Positions 17,584 to 26,914 of a DNA stretch of 36,299 nt are shown here, piece by piece. The stretch is from a virus (Duplodnaviria; Heunggongvirae; Uroviricota; Caudoviricetes). The stretch's first letter is position 1, and each line of letters starts with the position of its first letter. Made by a program: the position numbers and the translations under genes. The notes under the pieces were generated by a model that was not told the origin of the DNA, searched no databases, and saw only the letters and a program-made list of their open reading frames with translations. The stretch lies in the IMG/VR virus record IMGVR_UViG_2657245570_000017, positions 1 to 36,299 of that record. The stretch is one strand, 5' to 3'.

Positions 17584-17972
17584 GCAACACATTTAAATTC
17601 AGCAGCCGGAGCGAAAAGAATTTGCAGGGCGTAAATCCTGATCTGGTGAAAGTGACCCGACGGGCACTGGAAATCTCGGAAGTGGATTTTGGTATCACCG
17701 AAGGGTTGCGCAGCCGTTACCGCCAGAAGCAACTGGTGGCCACGGGTAAGAGCCAGACCATGAACAGCCGCCACCTTACGGGGCATGCCGTGGATGTTGT
17801 GGCTTATATCGGCAACCAGGTGTCATGGGAATGGCCGCTGTACGAAAAAATCGCAGCAGCATTCAGACAGGCCAGCCGGGAACTGAATATTCCGGTGGAA
17901 TGGGGCGGCGACTGGAAGACCCTGAAAGACGGACCGCATTTTCAGTTACCACACGGAGCCTATCCGGCATGA
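17580..17972 (+). CDS. Endolysin, zinc D-Ala-D-Ala carboxypeptidase/M15-type peptidase
   Basis: 130 aa; SRHLTGHAVDVV and WGGDW motifs are typical of the M15 family; occupies the P2 K position. Confidence 0.7.
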   Translation: MSNTFKFSSRSEKNLQGVNPDLVKVTRRALEISEVDFGITEGLRSRYRQKQLVATGKSQTMNSRHLTGHAVDVVAYIGNQVSWEWPLYEKIAAAFRQASRELNIPVEWGGDWKTLKDGPHFQLPHGAYPA

Positions 17973-18376
17973 AGCTCTGGCCCACGCTGGGCGTCGCTTT
18001 CCTTCTGATTGCCGCATGGGGAACATCCATGCGTCTGTCGTGGTCGCTGGGCCGGGAGAACGCCAGAAACGAAGCGCAGGCCAGCGCCCTGAAAAGTACC
18101 GTCGACACCCTGAATATCATCAGCACCGGGGTACAGGATATGCAGCAGGTGCTGGCGCAACTCCGCGTGGAAAATCAACAGCGAAATCAGGACGGAGAGG
18201 CCAGACGTGAACAGCTACGCAACGATATTGCAAAAGATGAATGCGCCCACGCTTTGCCTGACGCTCGTTTTACTGACAGGTTGCGCAGGCACGCAGAACG
18301 CGCCACGGCCAGCGCCGTCAGTCCGGCTTATACCGCAGACGCTGACCATACCAGTAATGCCTCCCCCCTTCCCTGA
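17969..18376 (+). CDS. lysB: i-spanin, LysB/Rz-like
   Basis: ATG at 17969 overlapping the endolysin stop; N-terminal transmembrane helix then coiled-coil region. Confidence 0.65.
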   Translation: MKLWPTLGVAFLLIAAWGTSMRLSWSLGRENARNEAQASALKSTVDTLNIISTGVQDMQQVLAQLRVENQQRNQDGEARREQLRNDIAKDECAHALPDARFTDRLRRHAERATASAVSPAYTADADHTSNASPLP

Positions 18377-18527
18377 TACTCCCACATGGGGAAATCTCGG
18401 TATATGGGGCGACCGCCTTCTGGATGCACTGGAAACCTGTAACGCGGATAAACGGGCCATTGAATTACTGGAACAGCGCAGACTGCAACGACTGAACAAC
18501 GAGGACAACAACCATGCTGAAAACTGA
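18237..18527 (+). CDS. lysC: o-spanin lipoprotein, LysC/Rz1-like
   Basis: Starts inside lysB in the +1 frame and runs past its end; lipobox LLTGC; proline-rich. Confidence 0.65.
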   Translation: MNAPTLCLTLVLLTGCAGTQNAPRPAPSVRLIPQTLTIPVMPPPFPDTPTWGNLGIWGDRLLDALETCNADKRAIELLEQRRLQRLNNEDNNHAEN

Positions 18528-18981
18528 TTCCCTGCGTGAAGCCATGACCCGTTCATGCCGATGGTGTCAGGCCAACCCGGAAAAATTCACCATTTTCGTG
18601 GAGAGCGGCAACATTGAAACGACCGGAGAAACGCCCTCGTTTGTTTACCGCTATCAGATGGTGATGTTTGTCATGGATTACGCCGGGGAGCTGGACGACC
18701 TCACGCTGCCGCTGCTGGCGTGGTTATCCGAAAATCAGCCACAGTTGTTGCTCAACCCTGAGCGTAATCAGGACATCAAATTCTCCGCCGTTATCAATGA
18801 CGATGACAGCGCCGATCTCCTGTTTACGCTCCCCCTGCGGGAACGCGTTCGCATCACGCGCAGCAGTCAGGGCACACCGCAGGCAGAACACCTGCCGGAG
18901 CCAAAACCCCGCCTGCCATCTTCCGAAGGCGACTGGTCGCATGTATTCCAGGATGTGACGTGGGGTGAAAGCGATGGATAA
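18514..18981 (+). CDS. R: Tail completion protein, gpR-like
   Basis: 155 aa, same size as P2 gpR; position. Confidence 0.75.
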   Translation: MLKTDSLREAMTRSCRWCQANPEKFTIFVESGNIETTGETPSFVYRYQMVMFVMDYAGELDDLTLPLLAWLSENQPQLLLNPERNQDIKFSAVINDDDSADLLFTLPLRERVRITRSSQGTPQAEHLPEPKPRLPSSEGDWSHVFQDVTWGESDG

Positions 18982-19609
18982 GGCATTCACCCGCGTGGAT
19001 GAAACCTTTGAGGCCATCCGCGACAGCCTGAATCAGCAGGCCATCAATAACATCGCCAGAAAGCTGGCACAGGATTTACGCCGCGCCCAGCAGGCGCGTA
19101 TCCGGTCACAGAAAGCGCCGGACGGGACCGCGTGGACACCACGCAGACGCCGCGTAACCCGGATACAGGAACGCATTCGCTTTATCTGGAATAACGAAGC
19201 ACGCACGCTGAAAAACTGGCATCACGACACGGGGAAATACGGGCGAACCATTACCGGGTGGGATGAGGATAAAAATAATATCCGCACGTTTTACCGGGAT
19301 GACATCGACCGTTTTCTGGAAATACGCACCCGGCGCATCAACCAGGACAGCACAAAGCGCGTCCCCATGTTCGTAAAACTGCGCACCGCCCGCTACCTGA
19401 AAGCCCGTGCAGATGCTTCCGGTGTGACGGTGGGTTACAGCGGCGTGGCCGCACGTATTGCCCGCGTTCATCAGTTCGGTGAGCGCGATCAGGTTGCGCC
19501 GGGCATTTTCACCGATTACCCGGTACGTGAGCTGTTGGGTATCAGCCAGGCAGATGAGCGCCTGATTTATAACACGGTGCTGGGCCGGATTGCGGAGGCT
19601 GTACGGTGA
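18965..19609 (+). CDS. S: Tail completion/virion morphogenesis protein, gpS-like
   Basis: 214 aa (alternative start at 18974); longer than P2 gpS (about 150 aa as recalled). Confidence 0.7.
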   Translation: MKAMDKAFTRVDETFEAIRDSLNQQAINNIARKLAQDLRRAQQARIRSQKAPDGTAWTPRRRRVTRIQERIRFIWNNEARTLKNWHHDTGKYGRTITGWDEDKNNIRTFYRDDIDRFLEIRTRRINQDSTKRVPMFVKLRTARYLKARADASGVTVGYSGVAARIARVHQFGERDQVAPGIFTDYPVRELLGISQADERLIYNTVLGRIAEAVR

Positions 19610-20187
19610 GCGCAGAACTCATGCGACTGCTGAGCAATATCATCCGCACCGGGATCATCTCTGAAGTTGATGAGAAGTCCTGGCGCGTGCGCGTTCGCAG
19701 CGGCGAACTGGAAACAGGCTGGCTGCGCTGGAACACCACGCGCGCGGGAGCCTTCAATGTGTGGCTGCCGCCATCACCAGGCGAACAGGTGGTAATTGCC
19801 TGCATTGGCGGCAACCCGGAAACCGCCATGATAATTGGCAGCCTGTGGAGTGATGCCAATCCGGCACCCGGCAAAAGCCTGAAAGAAATCGTGATCAGCG
19901 CGCCGGACGGCGCGGTGTTCCGCTACGACGCGGACGCTGGCGCACTGAGCGCCAGCGGCATGAAAACGGCCACTTTACAGGCATCCGTCAGCGTGAAACT
20001 GGATACGCCCGTCGTGGAATGCACAAACCTTCTGAGAACGGCGACGCTTGACGTCACAAAAGGAGGAAAGATGAGCGGCAATATCACGCACAGCGGCGGC
20101 AACTTCACCTCAAACGGCATTACCGTGCATACGCATAAACACGGTGGCGTGAAAGGCGGCAGCGATTCGACAGGAGGCCCGCAGTGA
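19606..20187 (+). CDS. V: Baseplate spike/assembly protein, gpV-like
   Basis: 193 aa; C-terminal GGxxHxHxxGGxxGG-type spike motif. Confidence 0.8.
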   Translation: MSAELMRLLSNIIRTGIISEVDEKSWRVRVRSGELETGWLRWNTTRAGAFNVWLPPSPGEQVVIACIGGNPETAMIIGSLWSDANPAPGKSLKEIVISAPDGAVFRYDADAGALSASGMKTATLQASVSVKLDTPVVECTNLLRTATLDVTKGGKMSGNITHSGGNFTSNGITVHTHKHGGVKGGSDSTGGPQ

Positions 20188-20534
20188 CAACCCGCTACAC
20201 AGGAATGAATCCGGACGGGACGGGAAACCTGAACGATATGGAGCACCTGAAACAGTCAGTCAGGGATATCCTGACCACCCCGCTGGCAAGCCGGGTTATG
20301 CGACGGGAATATGGCAGCCTTGTGCCTGATTTGATTGACGAACCCATGAATAACACCACGCGTCTGCAATGCATGAGTGCTGCCGTGATTGCGCTGACAC
20401 GATGGGAACCCCGCATTGCCCTGGATGCCATCGACGTTGTCTGGAAAGCGGGAGGCCGCGCCGGGGTGACGCTGTCGGGCACTGTCATGCAGACCATGCA
20501 AAATGTTGAATTAACCATCACGCTGAGGGAGTAA
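20184..20534 (+). CDS. W: Baseplate wedge protein, gpW-like
   Basis: 116 aa, same size as P2 gpW. Confidence 0.8.
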   Translation: MTTRYTGMNPDGTGNLNDMEHLKQSVRDILTTPLASRVMRREYGSLVPDLIDEPMNNTTRLQCMSAAVIALTRWEPRIALDAIDVVWKAGGRAGVTLSGTVMQTMQNVELTITLRE

Positions 20535-20537
20535 ATC

Positions 20538-21434
20538 ATGCCTGCCGTTGACCTTTCCCAGTTACCGGAACCCGCCATCATCGCGGAGCCTGACTTTGAG
20601 GCAATTCTGGCTGACACAAAGGCCATGATGATTGCGGCTTATCCCGCCGAACAGCGTGAAGCCGTCTCCGCCGCGCTGGAGCTGGAATCGGAACCCCTGA
20701 ACGTTATCGCCCAGACAACAGCGTTTCGTGAAATGCTGTTACGCCAGCGGGTCAATGAGGGGGCACGCGCCTGCATGTTAAGCCACAGCGCCGGGACAGA
20801 CCTGGACAACCTCGCGGGCAATATGAACACAAAGCGCCTGACCATCACTCCGGCAACGGATACCACCGACGCGGTGATGGAGAGCGACACCTCGCTGAGA
20901 CTGCGGGCGCAGCGGGCGTACGACGGCCTGAGTGTTGCTGGCCCGTCAGGTGCATACGAGTATTTTGCCCGCAGCGCCAGCGGTCTGGTGCGTGATGCGC
21001 GGGCTATCAGCCCGTCTCCGGCAAATGTGACGGTTTCCATCCTGTCCACTGAGGGCGACGGCACAGCAACGGAGGCGTTGCTTAATACCGTTCGCGCCGT
21101 TCTGAATGCAGAGGATACCCGCCCGGTGGCCGACCGCCTGACCGTACAGAGCGCCAGAATCGTGACATGGCGGCTGAATGCAAAACTGTACTTTTACCCC
21201 GGCCCGGAATCCGAACCTATTCTGGCCGCGGCTGAATCGTCGTTCAGGAAGTGGCTGGCTGAGCAGGGGCTTATCGGTCAGGACGTGGCGTTGTCCGCCA
21301 TTGCTGCCGCACTGCATGTGCACGGTGTGCAACGCGTGGAGATAATCGAACCCACACAGAATATGACCATCAGCGACATACAGGCGGCGCGCTGTGAGTC
21401 ATTCACCATCAGCGAAGGTGGACGCAATGAGTAA
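20538..21434 (+). CDS. J: Baseplate assembly protein, gpJ-like
   Basis: 298 aa; position and size. Confidence 0.8.
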   Translation: MPAVDLSQLPEPAIIAEPDFEAILADTKAMMIAAYPAEQREAVSAALELESEPLNVIAQTTAFREMLLRQRVNEGARACMLSHSAGTDLDNLAGNMNTKRLTITPATDTTDAVMESDTSLRLRAQRAYDGLSVAGPSGAYEYFARSASGLVRDARAISPSPANVTVSILSTEGDGTATEALLNTVRAVLNAEDTRPVADRLTVQSARIVTWRLNAKLYFYPGPESEPILAAAESSFRKWLAEQGLIGQDVALSAIAAALHVHGVQRVEIIEPTQNMTISDIQAARCESFTISEGGRNE

Positions 21435-22035
21435 TTCACTGTTACCACCATCAGCCAGCAATTTCATGCGTTGTGCCGAAGCCGTCGGAACACGCATTAC
21501 AGACATTCCGGTAGACCTCAACACGCTGTGGTCGCCGGACACCTGCCCGGTGCATCTGCTGCCTTATCTCGCCTGGGCGTTTTCCGTTGACCGCTGGGAT
21601 CGCAACTGGCCGGAAGAGACAAAGCGACAGGTAATTCGTGATGCATGGCTGATACACCGACACAAAGGGACCATCAGCGCACTGCGAAGAGCCGTGGAGC
21701 CTCTCGGTTACCTGATTGAAGTAAAGGAGTGGTGGCAACTCAACGAGGAGCCGGGAACATTTCGCATTGTTGTCGGAGTACTTGATCAGGGCATCACCGA
21801 TGAAATGTATCAGGAACTTGAGCGCCTTATTGCGGATGCAAAACCAGTAAGTCGCCATCTGACGGGGCTGGCGATCAGCCTGAGTGTGAACGGAAAGATT
21901 TTCGTTGGTACGGGATGCTATCACGGCGATGCCCTGACGGTTTATCCCTACACCCCGGAGTCCATTATTGTCGAAGGGGATTATTTCCCTGCCCCGGCCA
22001 TTCATTTAATTGATAATCTGAGAGTAAACGCATGA
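21427..22035 (+). CDS. I: Baseplate protein, gpI-like
   Basis: ATG at 21427, 202 aa. Confidence 0.75.
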   Translation: MSNSLLPPSASNFMRCAEAVGTRITDIPVDLNTLWSPDTCPVHLLPYLAWAFSVDRWDRNWPEETKRQVIRDAWLIHRHKGTISALRRAVEPLGYLIEVKEWWQLNEEPGTFRIVVGVLDQGITDEMYQELERLIADAKPVSRHLTGLAISLSVNGKIFVGTGCYHGDALTVYPYTPESIIVEGDYFPAPAIHLIDNLRVNA

Positions 22036-23627
22036 CAGTGAAATACTACGCCATTCTGACTAATCAGGGCGCAGCACGACTGGCTAACGCGACGATGCTC
22101 GGCAGTAAGCTGAATCTGACGCAAATGGCCGTTGGTGATGCAAATGGTGTGTTACCAACACCAGACCCTGCACAAACAAAACTGATTAACCAGAAACGCA
22201 TTGCACCGCTGAATCTTCTGAGTGTTGACCCTAACAATCAGAGCCAGATTATTGCGGAGCAAATCATCCCTGAAAACGAGGGAGGATTCTGGATCCGTGA
22301 GATTGGTCTTTATGATGATGAAGGTGTACTCATTGCGGTGGCAAACTGCCCGGAAACGTACAAACCGCAGTTGCAGGAAGGCAGTGGACGCACCCAGACT
22401 ATCCGCATGATTCTGGTTGTCACGAACACCGAAGCCATCACGCTGAAAATCGACCCGTCTGTGGTTCTGGCAACCCGCAAATATGTGGATGATAAAATCT
22501 CAGAGCACGAACAGTCACGACGTCACCCAGACGCCTCGCTGACCGTAAAAGGTTTTACTCAGTTAAGCAGTGCAATTAACAGTGAATCAGAAACACTGGC
22601 CGCAACACCGAAAGCGGTTAAGGCTGCATATGACCTGGCTAACGAGAAATATACCGCCCAGAACGCCACCACTACACAAAAAGGGATTGTTCAGCTCAGT
22701 AGCGCCACGAACAGCACGTCTGAAACACTGGCAGCGACACCAAAAGCTGTTAAGGCGGTAATGGATGAAACGAACAAGAAAGCACCATTAAACAGCCCGG
22801 CACTGACCGGAACGCCAACAACACCAACAGCGGCACAGGGGACTAATAGTACCCAGATCGCAAGCACGGCTTTCGTTATGGCCGCGATTGCCGCACTTGT
22901 AGACTCGTCACCTGATGCACTGAACACGCTGAACGAACTGGCTGCGGCGCTGGGCAATGACCCGAATTTTGCGACCACCATGACTAACGCGCTTGCGGGT
23001 AAGCAACCGAAGGATGCCACCCTGACTGCGCTGGCGGAGCTTGCTACATCAGCAGATAAACTCCCATATTTTACAGGGGCAGATCGTGCCGCGTTAACCG
23101 CGTTGACAAGTGTTGGACGTGCCATTCTTGGCAAAACCAGCACTCAGGGAGTTCTTGATTACCTTGGTTTGGGGGAAGGCTCTGCACTGCCCGTTGGTGT
23201 ACCTGTTCCATGGCCCTCAGCCACGCCGCCAACGGGGTGGCTGAAATGTAACGGCGCAGCATTTTCTTCTGAAATGTATCCCAGACTGGCAATGGCTTAC
23301 CCCACCAATAAATTACCAGACTTACGCGGTGAATTTATCCGTGGCTGGGATGATGGGCGCGGGGTGGATGCCGGAAGGGTCATCTTAAGCATGCAGGGGT
23401 GGTTAACAGGAAGTCATTATCATAATATTCGGTCATGGGATGCGTGGGATAACACGGTACTGGTGCCAAATGACAAAGGCGGGGATAGTCTGTTGTCGAC
23501 AGATAACGCCGTCCGGCAAGGTGCAATTAACGGTAGATTTACCAGTCAATACAGAACGGAATCCTCAGAGGGGAATGAAACCCGCCCACGCAATATTGCC
23601 TTCAATTATATTGTGAGAACCGCATAA
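22032..23627 (+). CDS. H: Tail fibre protein, gpH-like (constant region plus currently expressed variable cassette)
   Basis: 531 aa; tandem SETLAATPKAVKA repeats; collar-like GWLKCNGAAFS...LPDLRGEFIRGWDDGRG; C-terminus ETRPRNIAFNYIVRTA. Confidence 0.9.
   Translation: MTVKYYAILTNQGAARLANATMLGSKLNLTQMAVGDANGVLPTPDPAQTKLINQKRIAPLNLLSVDPNNQSQIIAEQIIPENEGGFWIREIGLYDDEGVLIAVANCPETYKPQLQEGSGRTQTIRMILVVTNTEAITLKIDPSVVLATRKYVDDKISEHEQSRRHPDASLTVKGFTQLSSAINSESETLAATPKAVKAAYDLANEKYTAQNATTTQKGIVQLSSATNSTSETLAATPKAVKAVMDETNKKAPLNSPALTGTPTTPTAAQGTNSTQIASTAFVMAAIAALVDSSPDALNTLNELAAALGNDPNFATTMTNALAGKQPKDATLTALAELATSADKLPYFTGADRAALTALTSVGRAILGKTSTQGVLDYLGLGEGSALPVGVPVPWPSATPPTGWLKCNGAAFSSEMYPRLAMAYPTNKLPDLRGEFIRGWDDGRGVDAGRVILSMQGWLTGSHYHNIRSWDAWDNTVLVPNDKGGDSLLSTDNAVRQGAINGRFTSQYRTESSEGNETRPRNIAFNYIVRTA
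23152..23177. other. hix/gix-like recombination site S1 inside H
   Basis: TTCTTGATTACC-TT-GGTTTGGGGGAA; left half matches hixL TTCTTGAAAACC at 10 of 12 as recalled; right half identical to the cassette sites. Confidence 0.6.
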
Positions 23628-24238
23628 TGAATAACGCGATATTAAATGATGACCTTATTGCCGTACAGGCAGGAAACATCGTCGTTTATAACTATGATGG
23701 TGAGACACGGGAATATATTTCCGAATCAACTGAATATCTTGCTGCGGGTGTCGGTATTCCGGCAAATTCCTGTTTAGATGCCCCGGGCGCACATAAAGCG
23801 GGCTATGCTATCCGCCGTTCGGAGAATTTAAATTCATGGGAGTATACGCCAGATCATCGTGGTGAAACCGTCTATAACACTGACACGGGAAACACCGAAG
23901 AAATCACGACGCTAGGTGACTACCCGAAAAATACAACCACTATCTCCCCGTCAACACCATACGATAAATGGGATGGTGAAAAATGGGTGACAGATACTGA
24001 GGCACAACATAGTGCCGCAGTAGAAGCGGCAGAAACCAAGCGCCAGTCACTGGCTGATGCGGCAATGGCTTCCATAAGTCTGATTCAGTTGAAGTTGCAG
24101 GCCGGGCGGAAGTTGACGCAGGCAGAAACCACCCGGCTTAACGCCGTGCTGGATTATATAGACGCGCTGAACGCAATGGATATAAACATGGCACCAGATA
24201 TCAACTTGCCGGAAATACCACTGGCAGCAGCCAGTTGA
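23627..24238 (+). CDS. G: Tail fibre assembly chaperone, Tfa/gpG-like
   Basis: 203 aa; start overlaps the H stop; conserved Tfa-type C-terminus LNAVLDYIDALNAMDINMAPDINLPEIP. Confidence 0.8.
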   Translation: MNNAILNDDLIAVQAGNIVVYNYDGETREYISESTEYLAAGVGIPANSCLDAPGAHKAGYAIRRSENLNSWEYTPDHRGETVYNTDTGNTEEITTLGDYPKNTTTISPSTPYDKWDGEKWVTDTEAQHSAAVEAAETKRQSLADAAMASISLIQLKLQAGRKLTQAETTRLNAVLDYIDALNAMDINMAPDINLPEIPLAAAS

Positions 24239-24244
24239 ATATAA

Positions 24245-24712
24245 CTAAGCCGCCCTCACGATATAGTTAAATGCAATATTGCGGGGGCGGGTTTCACTAC
24301 CACCTGTGTTACCAATACTTCCTCGTGAATGAAGCGTTGGTGATGGAATCAAACTCCCTCCTGTATTTGTGGCATCAAGCCCCCTGCCTTGTGTATATGT
24401 TTTTTTGAAAATCGTGGCCAACTCCCATTCATCCTTTGTGTCATATCCATCGTTAGCTACAACAATATGGCGGTGTTTTTCCAACATCCCGGTTTGAATG
24501 CTCAATAAAGCGCGTGCTGCATCAATTCCTCGCCCATCATCCCAGCCACGAATAAATTCGCCCCGTAAATCCGGTAATTTATTGGTGGGGTAGGCTTTTG
24601 CCAGATTGGGGTACATTTCAGAAGAAAATGCTGCGCCGTTACATTTCAGCCAGCCCGTTGGTGGTGTTGCTAAGGGCCACGGAACGGGCACACCAACGGG
24701 CAGTGCAGAGCC
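24245..24712 (-). other. Silent tail-fibre C-terminal cassette (5'-truncated, promoterless)
   Basis: Encodes GLGEGSALPVGVPVPWP...collar motif...variable tip...ETRPRNIAFNYIVRAA; homologous to the 3' third of H. Confidence 0.8.
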
Positions 24713-24738
24713 TTCTCCTAAACCAACGTTTTCATGCT
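24713..24738. other. hix-like site S2
   Basis: TTCTCCTAAACC-AA-CGTTTTCATGCT, inverted relative to S1; contains the stop codon of the next cassette. Confidence 0.6.
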
Positions 24739-25229
24739 GCTCTTACGATGTAATTAAACGCAATGTTGCGTGGGCGGTTTTCGTTTGCAGTTGGAACAAT
24801 TCTTGAAGCATCAAGGCCAATCACTTTTGGGTAAACAGTGCCATCTGTTCTTTCAGTCACCATACTTCTGATTAAGGAGAAATAACTATTGTTCGTTGAG
24901 GGACTCAAAGGCACCACTGCCCCCTTAAATGAGCCTACTGATTCCCATATTGAATAATTTTCGGTGTTTACAGTCTTGAACTCACCATAGATATTACGTA
25001 TGGCATCACCTTGAGCGGATAATATTGTTCTCCCCGCATCCACACCACGTCCGTCATCCCAACCACGGATAAATTCACCGCGTAAATCCGGTAATTTATT
25101 GGTGGGATAAGCCTTTGCCAGTTTTGGGTACTTTTCAGAAGAAAATGCTGCTCCGTTGCATTTCAGCCATCCCGTTGGCGGTGTTTCTAAGGGCCACGGA
25201 ACGGGTACACCAACGGGCAGTGCAGAGCC
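24732..25229 (-). other. Silent tail-fibre C-terminal cassette
   Basis: Same conserved N- and C-terminal segments with a different central region. Confidence 0.8.
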
Positions 25230-25255
25230 TTCCCCCAAACCAACGTTTTCATGCT
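25230..25255. other. hix-like site S3
   Basis: TTCCCCCAAACC-AA-CGTTTTCATGCT. Confidence 0.6.
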
Positions 25256-25707
25256 GCCCTTACGATGTAATTAAACGCAATGTTATGGGGGCGTGTTTCA
25301 GATGCTGTGCGAACTGAGCGAGAGGCGTCGAATGTCCATACAGAAGCACCATATCCTTCAATGATCTCAGTTGGTTGTAAGCCTACTGATAATATAGAGT
25401 CAGTTTGACTAAATGGTCCTGAATTAAGCGCATCTTTAAAAAGCTGAGTACGCCCAAAAGTGCCAACTATATTCTGAATAGCGTCAGACTGTGCAGACAG
25501 TAGGTTGCGCCCATTATCAACGCCCCGTCCGTCATCCCAGCCGCGAATAAATTCGCCCCGTAAATCCGGTAATTTATTGGTGGGGTAGGCCTTTGCCAGA
25601 TTGGGGTACATTTCAGAAGAAAATGCTGCGCCGTTACATTTCAGCCACCCCGTTGGCGGCGTGGCTGAGGGCCATGGAACGGGCACACCAACGGGCAGCG
25701 CAGAGCC
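25249..25707 (-). other. Silent tail-fibre C-terminal cassette
   Basis: Third variant; the ORF-track N-terminal extension beyond the site is read-through of non-coding sequence. Confidence 0.8.
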
Positions 25708-25733
25708 TTCCCCCAAACCAACGTTTTCGTCTT
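25708..25733. other. hix-like site S4
   Basis: TTCCCCCAAACC-AA-CGTTTTCGTCTT, 55 bp upstream of the invertase start. Confidence 0.6.
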
Positions 25734-25787
25734 TATCCCTACCTATACCAACTATGTATTTTTCACGAAACAAAAAGGATGTTTTTT

Positions 25788-26387
25788 ATGCAAATTGGCT
25801 ATATTCGTGTGTCAACAAATGACCAGAACACGGATTTACAACGCAATGCACTGAACTGCGCAGGATGTGAACTGATTTTTGAAGATAAAATCAGCGGAAC
25901 GAAATCAGCCAGACCGGGATTGAAAAAACTGCTCAGAACGCTATCAGAAGGAGATACGCTGGTTGTCTGGAAGCTGGACAGACTGGGCAGAAGTATGAAA
26001 CACCTGATCACGCTTATTGAGGAATTGCGGAAAAAAGGTGTTAATTTCCGTAGTCTGACGGACAGCATTGACACATCAACACCCATGGGGCGTTTCTTTT
26101 TTCACGTCATGGGGGCTTTAGCCGAAATGGAACGTGAATTAATTGTAGAGCGTACACTGGCCGGGCTGGCAGCAGCACGCGCACAAGGACGCATTGGCGG
26201 ACGTCGCCCGAAGTTGACAAAAGAACAACACGAGCAAATAGCGAGGCTGATTAAAAACGGTCATGACAGGAAACAACTGGCGATCATTTACGACATCGGC
26301 ATATCGACGATTTATCGTTATCACCCTGTAGGCGATATACAGGCTGAAGAAACAACCAGGCAGACTCAGGAAAATGAAAACCGCTAA
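25788..26387 (+). CDS. Serine DNA invertase, Hin/Gin/Cin/Pin family
   Basis: 199 aa from ATG at 25788; GYIRVSTNDQ (catalytic Ser), TLVVWKLDRLGRS, MGRFFFHVMGALAEMERELIVERT and a C-terminal HTH match Hin as recalled. Confidence 0.9.
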   Translation: MQIGYIRVSTNDQNTDLQRNALNCAGCELIFEDKISGTKSARPGLKKLLRTLSEGDTLVVWKLDRLGRSMKHLITLIEELRKKGVNFRSLTDSIDTSTPMGRFFFHVMGALAEMERELIVERTLAGLAAARAQGRIGGRRPKLTKEQHEQIARLIKNGHDRKQLAIIYDIGISTIYRYHPVGDIQAEETTRQTQENENR

Positions 26388-26406
26388 TCTGACCATTAGC
26401 GGTTTT
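26375..26406. terminator. Bidirectional hairpin between convergent invertase and U
   Basis: GAAAACCGCTAAT-CTGACC-ATTAGCGGTTTTG, A-run 5' and T-run 3'; overlaps the invertase stop codon. Confidence 0.6.
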
Positions 26407-26413
26407 GCGTTAA

Positions 26414-26908
26414 TCAAAACAGCCCTTTAACGGAGCTGGCCGCGCTGTTAAGGGATGATGTGACCTTATCTTTGAAGCCGGACAGCATATCACTGAACGA
26501 TGAGGATTGCAGGCGCTCCCGCAAATCCTCATCACAGCGTTCAAGAGTCAGTGAAAATTCTATCTTTTTCGCCTTACCGTAGCGATCAAACTCGGAGCGG
26601 GTCGTATTCGTTTCAGTCAGTACATACATGCCGTAAATCTGCCCGACACCATCAATCAGAGGCCAGGGGCGTCCTGTATATGCCTGCGTGGTCAGCAGCG
26701 AAAGCGACACTTCGCCACCTGTAATTTCAGGATAAAGCACGCCAGAAAGCACGATGCGATCATCACCTGCACCGATATACTGCCAGCTTGCTGAGCGGTT
26801 TACGCGCTCATTTTTCACATGCCGCCAGCTTTTGTTTTGCTGTAACTGCTGATGCGGCAGTGTGCGCAGCTCAAAAACAAACATGCCGTAGATCATCATC
26901 ATGGCCAT
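26414..26908 (-). CDS. U: Tail protein, gpU-like
   Basis: 164 aa; follows the tape-measure gene on the minus strand. Confidence 0.7.
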   Translation of the reverse strand: MAMMMIYGMFVFELRTLPHQQLQQNKSWRHVKNERVNRSASWQYIGAGDDRIVLSGVLYPEITGGEVSLSLLTTQAYTGRPWPLIDGVGQIYGMYVLTETNTTRSEFDRYGKAKKIEFSLTLERCDEDLRERLQSSSFSDMLSGFKDKVTSSLNSAASSVKGLF

Positions 26909-26914
26909 GACTCC

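Noticed and set aside
24245-25773. Possible CRISPR array or duplicated complete genes
   Set aside because: The repeats are about 450-520 bp protein-coding cassettes, not short repeat-spacer units, and each lacks a start and promoter; better explained as silent inversion cassettes.
26388-26413. hix-like recombination site at the invertase/U boundary that would explain the inverted tail block
   Set aside because: GGTTTTGCGTTAATCAAAAC is only loosely similar to the hix right half-site and cannot be aligned as a full 26-bp site; left as an open question.
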